DNA of 64,000 nucleotides from an uncultured Clostridia bacterium (GCA_947588635.1 CANPYN010000001.1:447-64446), one strand, 5' to 3'; shown: positions 22,554-34,255, numbered from the stretch's first letter. Program-made: numbers and translations. The notes: generated by a model from the letters alone, not told the origin.

Positions 22554-24256
22554 GATTTTCCTGCCTTTTTATTTTATTTGTTGTTGTTTTTATTAGTGGT
22601 TCTTCTGTTATACTTATACCTCTGATAGCCTTATATTTTGGCATTGTTTTATTAATTTCTTTTATTTTATTTGCTAAAACATTATAAATTTCTTCATCTG
22701 TTTTTACTTTATATGCCTCTTTTACAGTATCTCTATCAAATACTATTTTTACATTTATTTTTGTATCTTCTACATCTTCCGACATTTGCTTTCCATATAC
22801 AAAAGATTCGTTAACTCCTTCTATCTTATTAACTAAACCTTCCATTTCTTCTGGGAAAATGTTTTTCCCATTTTTTAATACAATTACGCTTTTCTTTCTT
22901 CCACAAATAAAAATATATCCTTCATCATCTATTTTTGCCAAATCCCCTGTTAAAAACCATCCATCTTGCATCACTTCTTTTGTAGCTTTTGTATTTTTAT
23001 AGTATCCAATCATTACGCTTGGTCCTTTTACTGCTAATTCTCCTATTCCTTCACTATTCATATCTACAATTTTTGCCTGAATACTTGGAACAGCCTTTCC
23101 TATTGAACCGAATTCTATAGTATTTATTTGTACCTATACCTACTACAGGAGATGTTTCTGTTAAACCATATCCCTGAACTAGATTTATACCTAATAACCT
23201 ATACTTTTCTTCAATAGTTTTATTTAATGATGCAGCACCACTTATAAATAATTTAATATTTCCACCTATCATATTATGTATTTCTTTAAATGCTTCTTTC
23301 TTTTCTTCCATTGTTGCATCTCTATACTCTTCTTCTTTTCTTAAAATTTCTTCAAGTTCTCCTCTTTTTTCTATGTTCTTTCTTATGCTTTTAAATATTC
23401 TTTCATATATTGCCGGAACACATGCCATAACAGAAACATGGTATTCATTTAGGTTTTTTATAACATGCCTCAATCCATCACAGAATACAGTTTGAGCTCC
23501 TTTATACAATGCAAAAAGGAATCCTACTGTACACTCAAATACATGATGTATTGGTAGTACCGACAATAATATGTCATTAGAATTTACATCTAAAATACTA
23601 CCAATATCCATTAAGTTTGAACAAATATTTTTATGAGATAAAGCTACCACTTTAGATTTAGATGTAGTTCCTGATGTAAAAAGCATTATGCTCATATCTT
23701 CCGCATTTATCCTTGCATCTAAAAATCTTCTATCCCCTCTATCTAATAATTTTTGTCCTTCTCTTATTAGTTCTGCTTGTGAATAAATTCCTTCTTTGTT
23801 TTCTTGTAAATCCATTGAAATTAAATGTTTTAATTTATTCTTTTGATTATATTTTATTTTTTGGATAACATCAAAATACTTGTCTGTATAAAAGATTGCT
23901 TCTACTTCTGACCTTTCAATTAAAGATTCTAATTCATTTGGAGTAAGTGCTTTATCTAAAGGTACAACTATTCCAGTCCCACAAACAATTGATAAATATG
24001 CAATTTCCCATTCATATCTATTTTCTCCTATGATTGCAATTCTTTTGTTTTTTAATCCCATATTTATTAAGGATGTTCCTAATGCATCAATCATATTTCT
24101 TATATCATTATGTGAAAATGTTTTATATTTTCCCTCATCTATTTTTATTTTATAGGCTATCTTCTCTCCATATAAAGCTTTTGTTTTATTTAACATATCT
24201 TTTAAATCAGTTATTTTTAAAGTCTCATATAATTTTTCACTCATTTGTTTTATCAC
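22531..24256 (-). CDS. Long-chain acyl-CoA (AMP-forming) ligase; needs a +1 shift at CGG
   Basis: It has the AMP-binding motif LFTSGTTSKSK. Track ORFs 23054-24256 and 22531-23061 join at CGG (plus-strand CCG at 23108-23110). The junction reads ...GTNKYYRI-G-SIGKAVPSIQAKIVDMNSEGIGELAVKGP.... The product is 574 aa. Confidence 0.85.
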
Positions 24257-24453
24257 CTAATTAATAAAGTTATTTATATATTCTATAATATTTTTTTTAA
24301 AATGTCTTTAGACTGGTGGGTCAGTATAATAAGGTAACATCACTCAAAAGCAATAGCGATTGTAGTATTTTTTTGTTGTATAGAAAAATATTTGATTTTC
24401 TATACAACAAAAAATCAAGCATGTTTGTGCTTGATTTTACAATTATATAATTT

Positions 24454-25035
24454 TCAATTTTTGTTCATAGCTTTACTTATTCCTCTAACTACTGTATCTA
24501 TAAATCCATCATATATTTTTTCTGTATCAACAGATCTATTCATTTTTATTCTATAAATAAGACTTGAACATGTTACTCCAAATACCCCTGATGCAAGTGC
24601 TTCTACATTGCCATCATAAAATTCTCCATTTTCAATTCCTTCTTTAATTATATCTTCAATAATTTTTATATATTCAAAAACTGCTTTTTTACACTTTTTA
24701 TTTTTACTTTCTTCTCCCCATATTTGTGAAAATACAACATTAAGAAAATCTTCATATTTAACAGTAACTCTTATTTGTATTAATATTATTTCTTTTATTT
24801 TTTCTAATGCAGTACTGCAATTTTTTGTTTTTATTTCTATATTATTTTTTAATAACTTAACTCCTTCTTCTAAAAGCATATCAAATATATCTTCTTTTTT
24901 TGAAAAATGATAGTACAATGACCCTTTTGCAACTCCTGCTATTGCAGTAATTTCCTCTACACTAGTATTGTCATATCCTTTTTTTGAAAATATTTCTATT
25001 GCTGTATTAAATATTCTTCTTTTAGTTCTATTCAT
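24454..25035 (-). CDS. TetR family transcriptional regulator
   Basis: 193 aa with an N-terminal TetR HTH (IFSKKGYDNTSVEEITAIAGVAKGSLYYHF). Two terminator hairpins follow at 24373-24440. Confidence 0.85.
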   Translation of the reverse strand: MNRTKRRIFNTAIEIFSKKGYDNTSVEEITAIAGVAKGSLYYHFSKKEDIFDMLLEEGVKLLKNNIEIKTKNCSTALEKIKEIILIQIRVTVKYEDFLNVVFSQIWGEESKNKKCKKAVFEYIKIIEDIIKEGIENGEFYDGNVEALASGVFGVTCSSLIYRIKMNRSVDTEKIYDGFIDTVVRGISKAMNKN

Positions 25036-25319
25036 AGATGTCCCCCTCTTATTAAATATCTTGAATTATATCATACTTTTTATTTTTTGTGTTACATTTT
25101 TATAATTTATTTAGTAGATTTTAGTAATTCATTTTTTTACTAATATGTTAAAAAGTACCTATAAATCCCAAATTTGTCTTTTTATTCTTTTTATATTGAC
25201 AATATTTTCTTTTTGGATTATATTAAAATTAATTTGGAAAATTCAGGAATTTCTAAAGTTAAAAATAATAATGCATATCGTTATTCTTCTGTTTGATTAT
25301 ATTATAGGTAGGTAGTATT

Positions 25320-26072
25320 ATGTTAAATTTTGTTTTATGTGATGATAATCATTCTGTATTAAACCGCCTTGCAAAAATGTTAGAGTCTATATTTATTAAT
25401 AACAACATTGATGCAGAAATAGGTTTGAAAACACCAAATGCCTCTGATGTTATTAACTATATTAAAAATAATAAGGTAGATGTTTTAATTTTAGATATAA
25501 ATTTAAAATCTAAAATATCTGGATGTGATATTGCAGATATGGTAAGAAAGAAAAATAAGGATGTATATATAATTTTTACAACTGCCCATCTAGAATATGC
25601 TTTAATTGCATATAAATACAAAACATTTGATTATTTACCTAAGCCTATCCTAGATGAAAGACTTGAAGAAACTATTTTAAGATTGATGGATGATATTAAG
25701 CATACTCCTTCTAAATTTATTAGATTAAACAATAATAAAACGATAATTAATCAAGATGAAATAAACTATATAAAAAAAGATGGTATGAAACTTGTTTTCT
25801 GTACTAACTCACGTACTTATGAAACATACAGTTCTTTTAATAAAATAAAAGATTGTCTACCAGAAAATTTTATAAGATGCCATAAATCATATATTGTAAA
25901 TGTTAAAAATATATCAGATGTAAATTCTAATAAAAATACAATACTTTTCTCATCAAATGAATCATGTTCTATTGGTGCAAAATATAAAAATGAAATTTTG
26001 GAGGTTTTAAAAAATGGAAATTTTACAAACAATTTGGACTGCTCTAACAACGGAAAATCAAATGTTAATTAA
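25320..26072 (+). CDS. LytTR-family response regulator (AgrA-like)
   Basis: It has a receiver domain (VLILDINL) and a C-terminal LytTR domain (FIRCHKSYIVN). Confidence 0.85.
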   Translation: MLNFVLCDDNHSVLNRLAKMLESIFINNNIDAEIGLKTPNASDVINYIKNNKVDVLILDINLKSKISGCDIADMVRKKNKDVYIIFTTAHLEYALIAYKYKTFDYLPKPILDERLEETILRLMDDIKHTPSKFIRLNNNKTIINQDEINYIKKDGMKLVFCTNSRTYETYSSFNKIKDCLPENFIRCHKSYIVNVKNISDVNSNKNTILFSSNESCSIGAKYKNEILEVLKNGNFTNNLDCSNNGKSNVN

Positions 26073-27369
26073 AATAATAAGTATTCCTATGTTAGTTTTA
26101 GAACTTACTGTTTCTATGTTACTATTTACTACTATTTTAAATATTTCTACCACAAAAAAGGAAAAAATACTTTATGTCATTATTTTATCTCTCATAGGTG
26201 TAATTACCTCATTACTAATATCTGCTCCATATAATACTTTTATAAACATTATATCTTGTACAATATTGGTTCGTTTTTTATTCAAGACCAATTTACTAAA
26301 AGCTATAGTTTCTCAATTTATACCTTATGTGCCATTTGTATTAATAGGTAATGTAATATTAAAACTTTTCTTGATATTATTTAATATATCAGCAGATTCA
26401 GTTTTATCAACACCAATTTATAAAGTTATATATTCCTTAATAATGTATCTTTTTGTAATTTTTATTACTTTATTATTTAAAAAATATAAAATAAATATAG
26501 ACCTTTACGAAAAATTTAAAAGAAAAAGTAACTATGTTTTGATTGTAAGTTTTACATTAGGATTTATTGTATTAGCAATGCAATCCTATATAATGACAAT
26601 ATACAGTAATTATATACCTCTATTCTTAAATTTATCTACTTTTATTATTTTAATTATTTACTTTATTTTTACAATTTACAGTTTATCTAGAACAAATAAA
26701 CTTGAAATAACTACTGAAAGATTAGAAGAAGAAAAATTATACAATAAAACATTAACAATTTTATATGATAATATTAGAGGATTTAAACATGATTTTAATA
26801 ATATTGTTCAAGCAATAGGTGGATATATTTCTACAAATAATATGAATGGTTTAAAAGATTATTATTCCGATTTAATGGCAGACTGTCAAAAAGTTAATAA
26901 TCTAGCAATACTTAATCCAGAATTAATTAATAATCCTGCTGTATATAGTTTGCTTACATCCAAATATCATAAAGCTGAAGAACTTTCTATTACAATGAAT
27001 TTTGAAGTTTTTCTAGATTTAGAAACACTAAATATCAAAACATATGATTTAACTAGAATTCTTGGAATTCTTTTAGACAATGCAATAGAAGCAAGCAGTA
27101 AATGTGATGAAAAAATTATTAATGTTATAATTCGTAAAGATAATAAAGCAAATAGACAACTGTTTGTAATTGAAAATACCTATTTAAATAAAAATGTAGA
27201 TACAGATAGAATTTTTGAAAAGGGTTATACTTCTAAAGATGAAGATGGTAAAAATCATGGATTAGGCCTATGGGAGGTTCGTAAAATATTAAAGAAAAAT
27301 AATAATTTAAATTTATTTACTACCAAAAACGATAAATTTTTTAAACAGCAATTAGAAATTTATGTTTAA
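26014..27369 (+). CDS. AgrC-like membrane sensor histidine kinase (HPK10 type)
   Basis: It has about six N-terminal TM helices, the H-box FKHDFNN and the GHKL ATPase motif NHGLGLW. The ATG at 26014 has GGAGG 9 nt upstream and overlaps the regulator gene by 59 nt. Confidence 0.82.
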   Translation: MEILQTIWTALTTENQMLIKIISIPMLVLELTVSMLLFTTILNISTTKKEKILYVIILSLIGVITSLLISAPYNTFINIISCTILVRFLFKTNLLKAIVSQFIPYVPFVLIGNVILKLFLILFNISADSVLSTPIYKVIYSLIMYLFVIFITLLFKKYKINIDLYEKFKRKSNYVLIVSFTLGFIVLAMQSYIMTIYSNYIPLFLNLSTFIILIIYFIFTIYSLSRTNKLEITTERLEEEKLYNKTLTILYDNIRGFKHDFNNIVQAIGGYISTNNMNGLKDYYSDLMADCQKVNNLAILNPELINNPAVYSLLTSKYHKAEELSITMNFEVFLDLETLNIKTYDLTRILGILLDNAIEASSKCDEKIINVIIRKDNKANRQLFVIENTYLNKNVDTDRIFEKGYTSKDEDGKNHGLGLWEVRKILKKNNNLNLFTTKNDKFFKQQLEIYV

Positions 27370-27376
27370 ACATAGC

Positions 27377-27410
27377 AAAAGGAACTGTATATAAAACAGT
27401 TCCTTTTATA
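27377..27410. terminator. Bidirectional intrinsic terminator between the kinase gene and agrD
   Basis: The stem is AAAAGGAACTGT / ACAGTTCCTTTT, flanked by A/T runs. Confidence 0.7.
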
Positions 27411-27428
27411 TAAAATCAACTTTTTTAA

Positions 27429-27548
27429 TTAATCTTTTTTTATTAAAGATGCTGGCATTTTTGGTTGATGAAATGCAGTCCAAAAGAAACATGCTGTATT
27501 TGTAGATTTTGCATATTTTTCTGCAACTTTAGCTAATAATTTTAACAT
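27429..27548 (-). CDS. agrD: AgrD-like autoinducing peptide precursor (39 aa, not in the ORF track)
   Basis: The peptide is MLKLLAKVAEKYAKSTNTACFFWTAFHQPKMPASLIKKD behind a GGGGG RBS. It has an amphipathic N-terminus, a single Cys, and an HQP..P..L tail like clostridial AgrD. It lies directly downstream of agrB. Confidence 0.7.
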   Translation of the reverse strand: MLKLLAKVAEKYAKSTNTACFFWTAFHQPKMPASLIKKD

Positions 27549-27651
27549 ATTTTTTTCCCCCTTTCAAAATACAAAGTATTTTGTACTCCTACCTTTTCGT
27601 AATTAACTCCTATTGTTTAGTACTTACTTTGATTAATTTATGTATGTAATT

Positions 27652-28293
27652 TTAAGTTAAGCCTATATTTGTATTTTCTTTAGACTTTATATATTCTTCG
27701 TAACCATATTTATTATTTGTTAATTTATATATAAATCGAGTGATTGAAATAGTTTGAATTAATGTTCCAAATATCAATAGATTTGATATTATTGAATCTT
27801 TTATAAATATTGCTATAAGTAAAGTTAATGTCATCGTAATATATGATAGTCTTCTTTTTAAATTTCTGTCTTTTTTTCTAAGTATAGGAACAGCTTCTGT
27901 ATCTGCTGGTGCATAAAGTTTTATCATTATAATACTAAATATCCAAGTTATTAATATTAATAAATATTTAATATATATTGGCTCTAAAACTATATATTTA
28001 CTTAATAGCGCATTTCCTATATAAAATAAACTTGTTGCAATTATACAACCAATATGTGTTTTTAAATGAACTCCCCCGGAAAATGTTCTATATGGCATTA
28101 TAAATAGTAATGCTAAAATAGAAAGTTTTAATACACCAAAAGCACATGCAATTAATAATAATACAAGTGTTTTTGGTATTTCTCCTATTACTAATTGAAG
28201 TCCATAGTTTATAACTTCTGCTCTTTCATCATCAATATCAGGCATTTTATTTTGAATTTTCTTAGTTATTTTATTACACAAGTTTTTAATCAA
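27652..28293 (-). CDS. agrB: Accessory gene regulator B (AgrD-processing membrane peptidase)
   Basis: 213 aa, polytopic, with the AgrB motif RTFSGGVHL...C. Confidence 0.85.
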   Translation of the reverse strand: MIKNLCNKITKKIQNKMPDIDDERAEVINYGLQLVIGEIPKTLVLLLIACAFGVLKLSILALLFIMPYRTFSGGVHLKTHIGCIIATSLFYIGNALLSKYIVLEPIYIKYLLILITWIFSIIMIKLYAPADTEAVPILRKKDRNLKRRLSYITMTLTLLIAIFIKDSIISNLLIFGTLIQTISITRFIYKLTNNKYGYEEYIKSKENTNIGLT

Positions 28294-28370
28294 ATAAAAT
28301 CACCTCTTACTTTCTTTAAGGTGATTTTATTATTAGTTTGTACAATTTTTTTATTTTTTTTGCAAACAGA

Positions 28371-28422
28371 AAAAAATCATATATGAATTTTTAAATTATT
28401 GTTTTCATATATGATTTTCAGC
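28371..28422 (-). terminator. Intrinsic terminator of the methyltransferase gene
   Basis: A 14-bp stem AATCATATATGAA / TTCATATATGATT is followed by a T-run on the minus strand. Confidence 0.6.
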
Positions 28423-28467
28423 TTTTTATAAAACGAACATAACATAATATTATTTTTTAACAGTATG

Positions 28468-29329
28468 TTAATTTTCCCATCTTCCGTAAATACCACAAGG
28501 GAGTACTAAATCAGAATTAGTCATCGGCAAACCTATTTCTCCTGATGTGATTTTCCCTTTGAATTTTTTTAAATTTAATTTTAATAAATTGCCTAATACC
28601 TCTGATGATATTCCTGTAGTATATGAATTTATTAGGAAAAATAATGGATTATCATTTAAAACATTTGTACAAAGATTTATTAAGTCAGATATATTGTTTT
28701 CAAATTGCCATACCTCTCCGCGAAGCTCCTCTTCCATAAGATGGCGGATCCATTATTATAGCATCATATTTATTTTCTCTTCTGATTTCTCTTTTAACAA
28801 ATTTTATTACATCATCTACTATATATCTAATTGGCTTATCTTGAAGCTTTGAAGATATAACATTTTCTTTTGCCCATGATACCATCCCTTTAGAACTATC
28901 TACATGACAAACAGATGCTCCTGCATATAAACATGCAACTGATGCACCTCCTGTATATGCAAAAAGATTTAATACTTTTATTGGCCTTTTTGCATTTTTT
29001 ATCTTATTAATCATCCAATCCCAATTTACAGCTTGTTCTGGAAACAATCCTGTATGTTTAAATCCCATTGGTTTTATATTAAATGTAAGTTCTTTATACT
29101 TTACTTGCCAGCTTTGCGGAAGTTTTGAATTATAACTCCAGCCCCCTCCACCATTACTACTTCTTTTATATATAGCATTTGCTTTTTTCCATTCATTAGG
29201 AAATAATTTATCTTTCCAAATTATTTGTGGATCTGGTCTTATTAATTTTATATTATTCCATCTTTCTAGTTTTTCTCCATCTGCCATGTCTATTATTTCA
29301 TAATCTTTCCAATCTTTTGCTATATTCAT
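28468..29329 (-). CDS. Class I SAM-dependent (RlmI-like) methyltransferase; needs a +1 shift at CGG
   Basis: Motifs are NLFAYTGGASVA and IIMDPPS. Track ORFs 28700-29329 and 28468-28737 join at CGG (plus-strand CCG at 28718-28720). The junction reads ...PPSYGRGAS-G-EVWQFENNISDLINLC.... The product is 286 aa. Confidence 0.8.
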
Positions 29330-29357
29330 TATTTTATACCTTTCTTACATATTTATT

Positions 29358-29702
29358 AGATAAATTGTTGTTTGAGCGTCCGGACGTGAGGAAAAAATTT
29401 ATTTCGCAGAAATGGAATTTTTTCCTCCGTCCTAGCGAATTAGTATAAGGTAATTTCAATATTTTATCAATATTAACATCTCTATATGTTTATTTTCTCA
29501 TGGGGCGCCGAGGGCGGCGCCCCCTACAATTTTTGCATTTAATTTGTTGATCTGCTTCTTCTGGGCGGACACAAGGCCCGCCCCTACAACATTTGCAATG
29601 ATTTAATCGTCTGGAAATTCAGAACAGTCCCAAAAATCCCCAAAATTGGTGTTCTTTAGGGATAGTCCTTAGAATTTTCCCTCAAACAAATTACAATTTA
29701 CT
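29358..29702. repeat. MITE-like composite element E3 (modules shared, inverted, with E4)
   Basis: Termini are AGATAAATTGTTGTTTG and CAAACAAATTACAATTTACT. It holds a hairpin module GAGCGTCCGGACGTGAGGAAAAAA...TTTTTTCCTCCGTCCTAGCG and GC-hairpin units at 29502-29538 and 29563-29599. The right terminus supplies the stop of the 65-aa ORF. Confidence 0.7.
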
Positions 29703-29888
29703 TAATATTCCAATAAACTTATATATTAAAACTGTATTTATTGCTGTTAACACTCCAAAATTTATTAATAGTACTGTAAGTATTTTATTTTTAACAATAA
29801 AATACTTTATTTTACTTTCTTTCTTTTCTTTTTTAGATACTTCATCATATCTGTTATCCCAAAACTCCTCTTTTGTAATATCAATCAT
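29691..29888 (-). CDS. Hypothetical 65-aa membrane protein
   Basis: It has one C-terminal TM helix. The last codons (-SKL*) lie inside the repeat terminus. Confidence 0.4.
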   Translation of the reverse strand: MIDITKEEFWDNRYDEVSKKEKKESKIKYFIVKNKILTVLLINFGVLTAINTVLIYKFIGILSKL

Positions 29889-29959
29889 ATTTTATACACT
29901 CCTTGTCCAAATATCTTTTTGTATATTATATTCATGGAGTTTTATAAATATTACAACTT

Positions 29960-31748
29960 TTATAAGAGTTCTTTTTTTATTTTTCCTGCTAATTCGTAAT
30001 TTATCCCTTTAACATCTGATATTTCTAAAATATCAGCCTTTTTTATTGCCTCTACACTACCAAATTTTTTTAGTAATTCCTGTTTCTTCTTTTCTCCAAT
30101 TCCTTTTATTTTATCTAATTTAGATTTTGTAGTATCTTTATCTCTTAACTTTCGATTATATTGAATTGCTATCCTATGGACCTCATCTTGCATATTAGTT
30201 ATAAAATTCATTACTTGCTCATCCAATTCAATTTCATTTTTATTATCATCTATTAATTTTTTTGTGTCATGTTTATCATCTTTTACCATACCAAATACTG
30301 GTATACAAATTTCATATTTACTTACTGCCCTCTTTATTGCCCTTATTTGAGTAATACCTCCATCTGCAAAAATTACATCTGGCAAATTACCAAACGCTCC
30401 TTTTGGATTTTCCACTGAATGTTTAATTCTTCTTGTTACAACTTCCTCCATACATTTTGGATCATCTTGAGTAAATACTGTTTTTATTTTAAATCTTCTA
30501 GCCATGTTCTTATTTATAACTCCGATCCTTTGCAACACACATTCCAGCAACCATATATTCTCCTGCTAAGTTAGATATATCGAAACATTCAATTTTTCTT
30601 GGTAACCTATCAAGTTTTAGTATTTCTTTTAGTTTTAATACTATATCTTCTTTTTCTTTTGTTCTGTTATTTAAAGTAATTCTAGCATTGTTGTTTGCCA
30701 TTTCTATAAACCTTAATTTTTCACCTTTATGTGGAACTTTAAATTCTATTTTTCTCTCCATTTTATCAGATAATAATTTTTGTATCAATTCTATATCTTC
30801 AATTTCTTCTGGAAGCATTATTTTACTAGGTAAATCAACTTTATTTATATAATATTGTTTTATAAACTCAGATAAGGTTTCATTTTCTGTTAATTGATTT
30901 GAATTTTCAAAAAAATAATGTTCTCTTCCTACCATTTTGCTATTTCTAACAAAAAATATTTCAATACAAATAAAAAGTTCATTTTTAGCAATTCCTATTA
31001 CATCTATAGTCTTTTCATTTATATTAGATACTTTTTGCTTTTCTGAAACCCTTTCAATTGCAATTCTTTTATCTCTTAAAATAGCTGCTTTTTCATATTC
31101 TCTCTTATCAGCTAATTCTATAATTTCTTTATCTAACTGTTTTATAATATCTTGAGTCTTTCCTTCTAAAAGCATAATAATTTGGTCTATTTGTTTTCTA
31201 TATTCTTCTTTACTAACATAACCCATACATGGTGCTAAACACTTTTTTATATGGTAATTTAAACATGCTCTCTGATTATTTTTAAATTTTCTACATTGCC
31301 TTATTTGAAAACGCTCTTTTATAAAATTCAGCATTTTTTTTGCACTACCAGAATTTGCATATGGTCCAAAATATTTTGCTCCATCATTTAAAATTCTTCT
31401 TGTTATAAATATATTTGGATAATCTGACTTAATATCTATTTTTATATATGGATATGTTTTATCATCTTTTAAAAGTACATTAAATTTAGGCATATTCTTT
31501 TTTATTAAATTACATTCTAATATTAATGCCTCTACTTCATTATCTGTAACAATATATTCAAAATGATCTATTAATGAAACCATTTTTTCAATTCGAGCAG
31601 TTTTATTTGTTTTACTAAAATAATGTTTTACCCTATTTTTTAATACTACGGCTTTTCCTACATATAAGATATTGTCATTTTTATCTCTCATTATATAAAC
31701 TCCAGGTTTTTCTGGAAGTTTTTTTAGTTCCTCTTTTATATTAAACAT
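29960..31748 (-). CDS. uvrC: Excinuclease ABC subunit C; needs a +1 shift at CGG
   Basis: It has a GIY-YIG N-terminus (PGVYIMRDKNDNILYVGKA), a UVR domain and a C-terminal HhH. Track ORFs join at CGG (plus-strand CCG at 30522-30524). The junction reads ...MVAGMCVAKD-G-VINKNMARRFKIKTV.... The product is 595 aa. Confidence 0.9.
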
Positions 31749-31846
31749 AAACTAAATTTCAACAAAAGAGGACAGACCTCTTTTGTTGAATTCTCCTAAA
31801 CAAATTATAATTTCAATAAAAGGGGTCTGTCCCCTTTTATTGAAAT

Positions 31847-32365
31847 TTAGTTTTCTATATATCCTACATATGGAAGATTTCTGTATTTTTCATCGAAATC
31901 CAATCCATATCCAACAACAAATTTATTTGGTATTTGGAAACCTACATAATCTACTTTAACTTCATGTGTTCTTCTTTCTGGTTTGTCTAATAATGTACAT
32001 AATTTTACAGAATTAGGCTTCTTATTTTTTAAATATTCAATTAAATACGAAAGTGTTCTACCTGTATCTATTATATCTTCTACTATAATTACATCTTTTC
32101 CTTCAATACTATCTTTTAAGTCTAACTTCAATTTGATATTTCCTGAACTTTCTTTACTATCATTATAACTGGATACTCTTATAAATTCTAATTTTACATT
32201 TCCATTTATTTTTTTTGCCAAATCAACTGTAAAAAATACTGACCCCTTTAAAATACATACAAGAATAATTTCTTTATTTTTATATTCTTTTTCAATTTGC
32301 ATTGCTATTTCACTAATTTTATTATCTAATTTTTGTTCATCTATTAAAACTTTTATTTCTTCCAT
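31847..32365 (-). CDS. hpt: Hypoxanthine phosphoribosyltransferase
   Basis: 172 aa with the PRPP-binding motif VIIVEDIIDTGRT. Confidence 0.92.
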   Translation of the reverse strand: MEEIKVLIDEQKLDNKISEIAMQIEKEYKNKEIILVCILKGSVFFTVDLAKKINGNVKLEFIRVSSYNDSKESSGNIKLKLDLKDSIEGKDVIIVEDIIDTGRTLSYLIEYLKNKKPNSVKLCTLLDKPERRTHEVKVDYVGFQIPNKFVVGYGLDFDEKYRNLPYVGYIEN

Positions 32366-32427
32366 AACTATTACTCCTTATTCTTTTATATATTATTTAT
32401 ATATTATACTATTTATATGGATTTTTT

Positions 32428-32698
32428 TCAACTTAGATAAAACAATTTAAATATTATAAGTAATATTGCTCCAGGAATTCCAAGTATCCCGTACAAATAT
32501 TGAAGTAATTATATTTAACCCAATATGTAAATTAAATGATGTTCCTATCCAATTTATAAATACAATTATCAATCCTCCTATAATTGAATTTATAACTAAT
32601 TTTATTATTTTTTTTATTGGCATAACAAATATTTTTCCAAATAAAATAATCCCAATTATACATCCTAAAAAAATAATTATAGTATTAATGTTATCCAT
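32428..32698 (-). CDS. bofA: Pro-sigma-K processing inhibitor BofA; needs a +1 shift at CGG
   Basis: The N-terminal 69 codons are BofA-like. At CGG (plus-strand CCG at 32489-32491) the shift gives ...SIFV-G-ILGIPGAILLIIFKLFYLS*, which carries the conserved GILGIPG motif. The product is 89 aa. Confidence 0.8.
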
Positions 32699-32757
32699 AG
32701 GCTTATCCCTCCACCTTAATACTATAATTATGCTTGTTCCTTTTTTATATTACAAAT

Positions 32758-33024
32758 TTAAATTGCTGTTATTTGTTCTTGTTCCATTCCAATTTGTAAG
32801 CTATTAATCATATCAAGTTCTATTCCTTTTGCTTTTACTTGTTTAATTAAATAATCCAATTTTGCCTTACTCGCCTTTATTTGATATGAGTAATAATCTA
32901 CTAATTCTCCTTCTGCTATTTCAAAGTTTTTATTTGCTATAAATAGCTCTGTTTTTGTATCTTTAATTGATTTTAAAAGTTCAATTTCTCTTTTTACTTT
33001 TTCTTCTTTTATACGATACTGCAT
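32758..33024 (-). CDS. DUF2508 (YaaL-like) protein
   Basis: 88 aa and helical. It sits immediately upstream of bofA, as yaaL-bofA does in Bacillus. Confidence 0.6.
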   Translation of the reverse strand: MQYRIKEEKVKREIELLKSIKDTKTELFIANKNFEIAEGELVDYYSYQIKASKAKLDYLIKQVKAKGIELDMINSLQIGMEQEQITAI

Positions 33025-33100
33025 AAATTATTCTTCTCCTTTATATTGTTATATTTGTAGTATATTCCATTTTAAGAATAATTATGTAATCATATCGTAT

Positions 33101-34255
33101 TTATTTGTATAAATTTTCTATATTAATTTCCTTTATATGTTCTATACATTCATTTAAAAAATATTGATCTGTTTGACCTGCAATATAATCTATTATTGCT
33201 CTCTTTATATTTGTATCATTATCTTTTTGTTTTATAAAATCATATAAGTTCTTTTCAGATTGTGAAAAATTGCTATTTTTAATGTCAAATTCCTTAACTT
33301 TATCCAAATAACAATAAAATAATTTATAAAAAAGTTGTTTTACTATATCTTGATTTTTATTTGCTTCAACAGATGCATAGATATTTTTATAATTCCAATC
33401 CTTTAATTTCATAAGAGCATTAAATACTTCATCAGAAAATGTTAAATAAGGTTTTTCAAAACTATTAATAATTATATCTTTAATTAATGTATCGACGATT
33501 TTGGAATTATTATCACCTAATATCTCTGTTATATCTTTTGGTATATCTTCTCTTTTTATTATTTCAATTTTTATTGAATCTTCTATATCTCTTCCTATAT
33601 ATGCTATTATATCTGATAATCTTACTACAGCTGCTTCTAATGTCATAGGAATTATTTTTCTACTGTAATCCTTTTCATAAAATACATTGTTTAAATCTCT
33701 ATTAAAGTCTTCTTTTGTTTTATCTTTGTTGTATTCATATTTATTTATAAGTATTTCACCATTATGTGCAAGTATCCCATCTAATGTTTGCAAACTTATA
33801 TTTAATCTTTCTAAATTTTTTAATACTCTTACACTTTGTGCATTATGACAAAAATACCCTATTTGTTCTTTTATACATATTTCGTTTAGGTATTTCTCTC
33901 CTTTATGTCCAAATGGACTATGTCCTATATCATGTCCGAGTGCTATTGCTTCAATTAAATCTTCATTTAATTTTAAACTTCTCCCAATTGTTCTTGCAAT
34001 TTTAGAAACTAATTGAACATGTAGAACCCTATGTGTAATATGGTCGTTTTTAGTAAATGAAAACACTTGTGTTTTATCTATATATCTTGTATATCCAAGT
34101 GAATGTATTATTCTATCTATGTCTCTAAAAAATATTGGTCTTATATCTTGTTTATCTTTTTTTAATAAAATAGCATCTTTTGATTTACATGAATATTCAG
34201 ATAATAAATTTTCATTTAATAACATATTTTCTTTTGCTTTTTCTAAAATATTCAT
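33101..34255 (-). CDS. HD-domain dNTP triphosphohydrolase-like protein
   Basis: 384 aa with the HD motif ALGHDIGHSPFGH. Confidence 0.78.
   Translation of the reverse strand: MNILEKAKENMLLNENLLSEYSCKSKDAILLKKDKQDIRPIFFRDIDRIIHSLGYTRYIDKTQVFSFTKNDHITHRVLHVQLVSKIARTIGRSLKLNEDLIEAIALGHDIGHSPFGHKGEKYLNEICIKEQIGYFCHNAQSVRVLKNLERLNISLQTLDGILAHNGEILINKYEYNKDKTKEDFNRDLNNVFYEKDYSRKIIPMTLEAAVVRLSDIIAYIGRDIEDSIKIEIIKREDIPKDITEILGDNNSKIVDTLIKDIIINSFEKPYLTFSDEVFNALMKLKDWNYKNIYASVEANKNQDIVKQLFYKLFYCYLDKVKEFDIKNSNFSQSEKNLYDFIKQKDNDTNIKRAIIDYIAGQTDQYFLNECIEHIKEINIENLYK

Noticed and set aside
24300-24330. The sequence AGACTGGTGGGTCAGT upstream of the acyl-CoA ligase gene read as a TetR operator.
   Set aside because: It is only an imperfect palindrome (ACTGG / GTCAGT halves), occurs once, and cannot be supported without comparative data.
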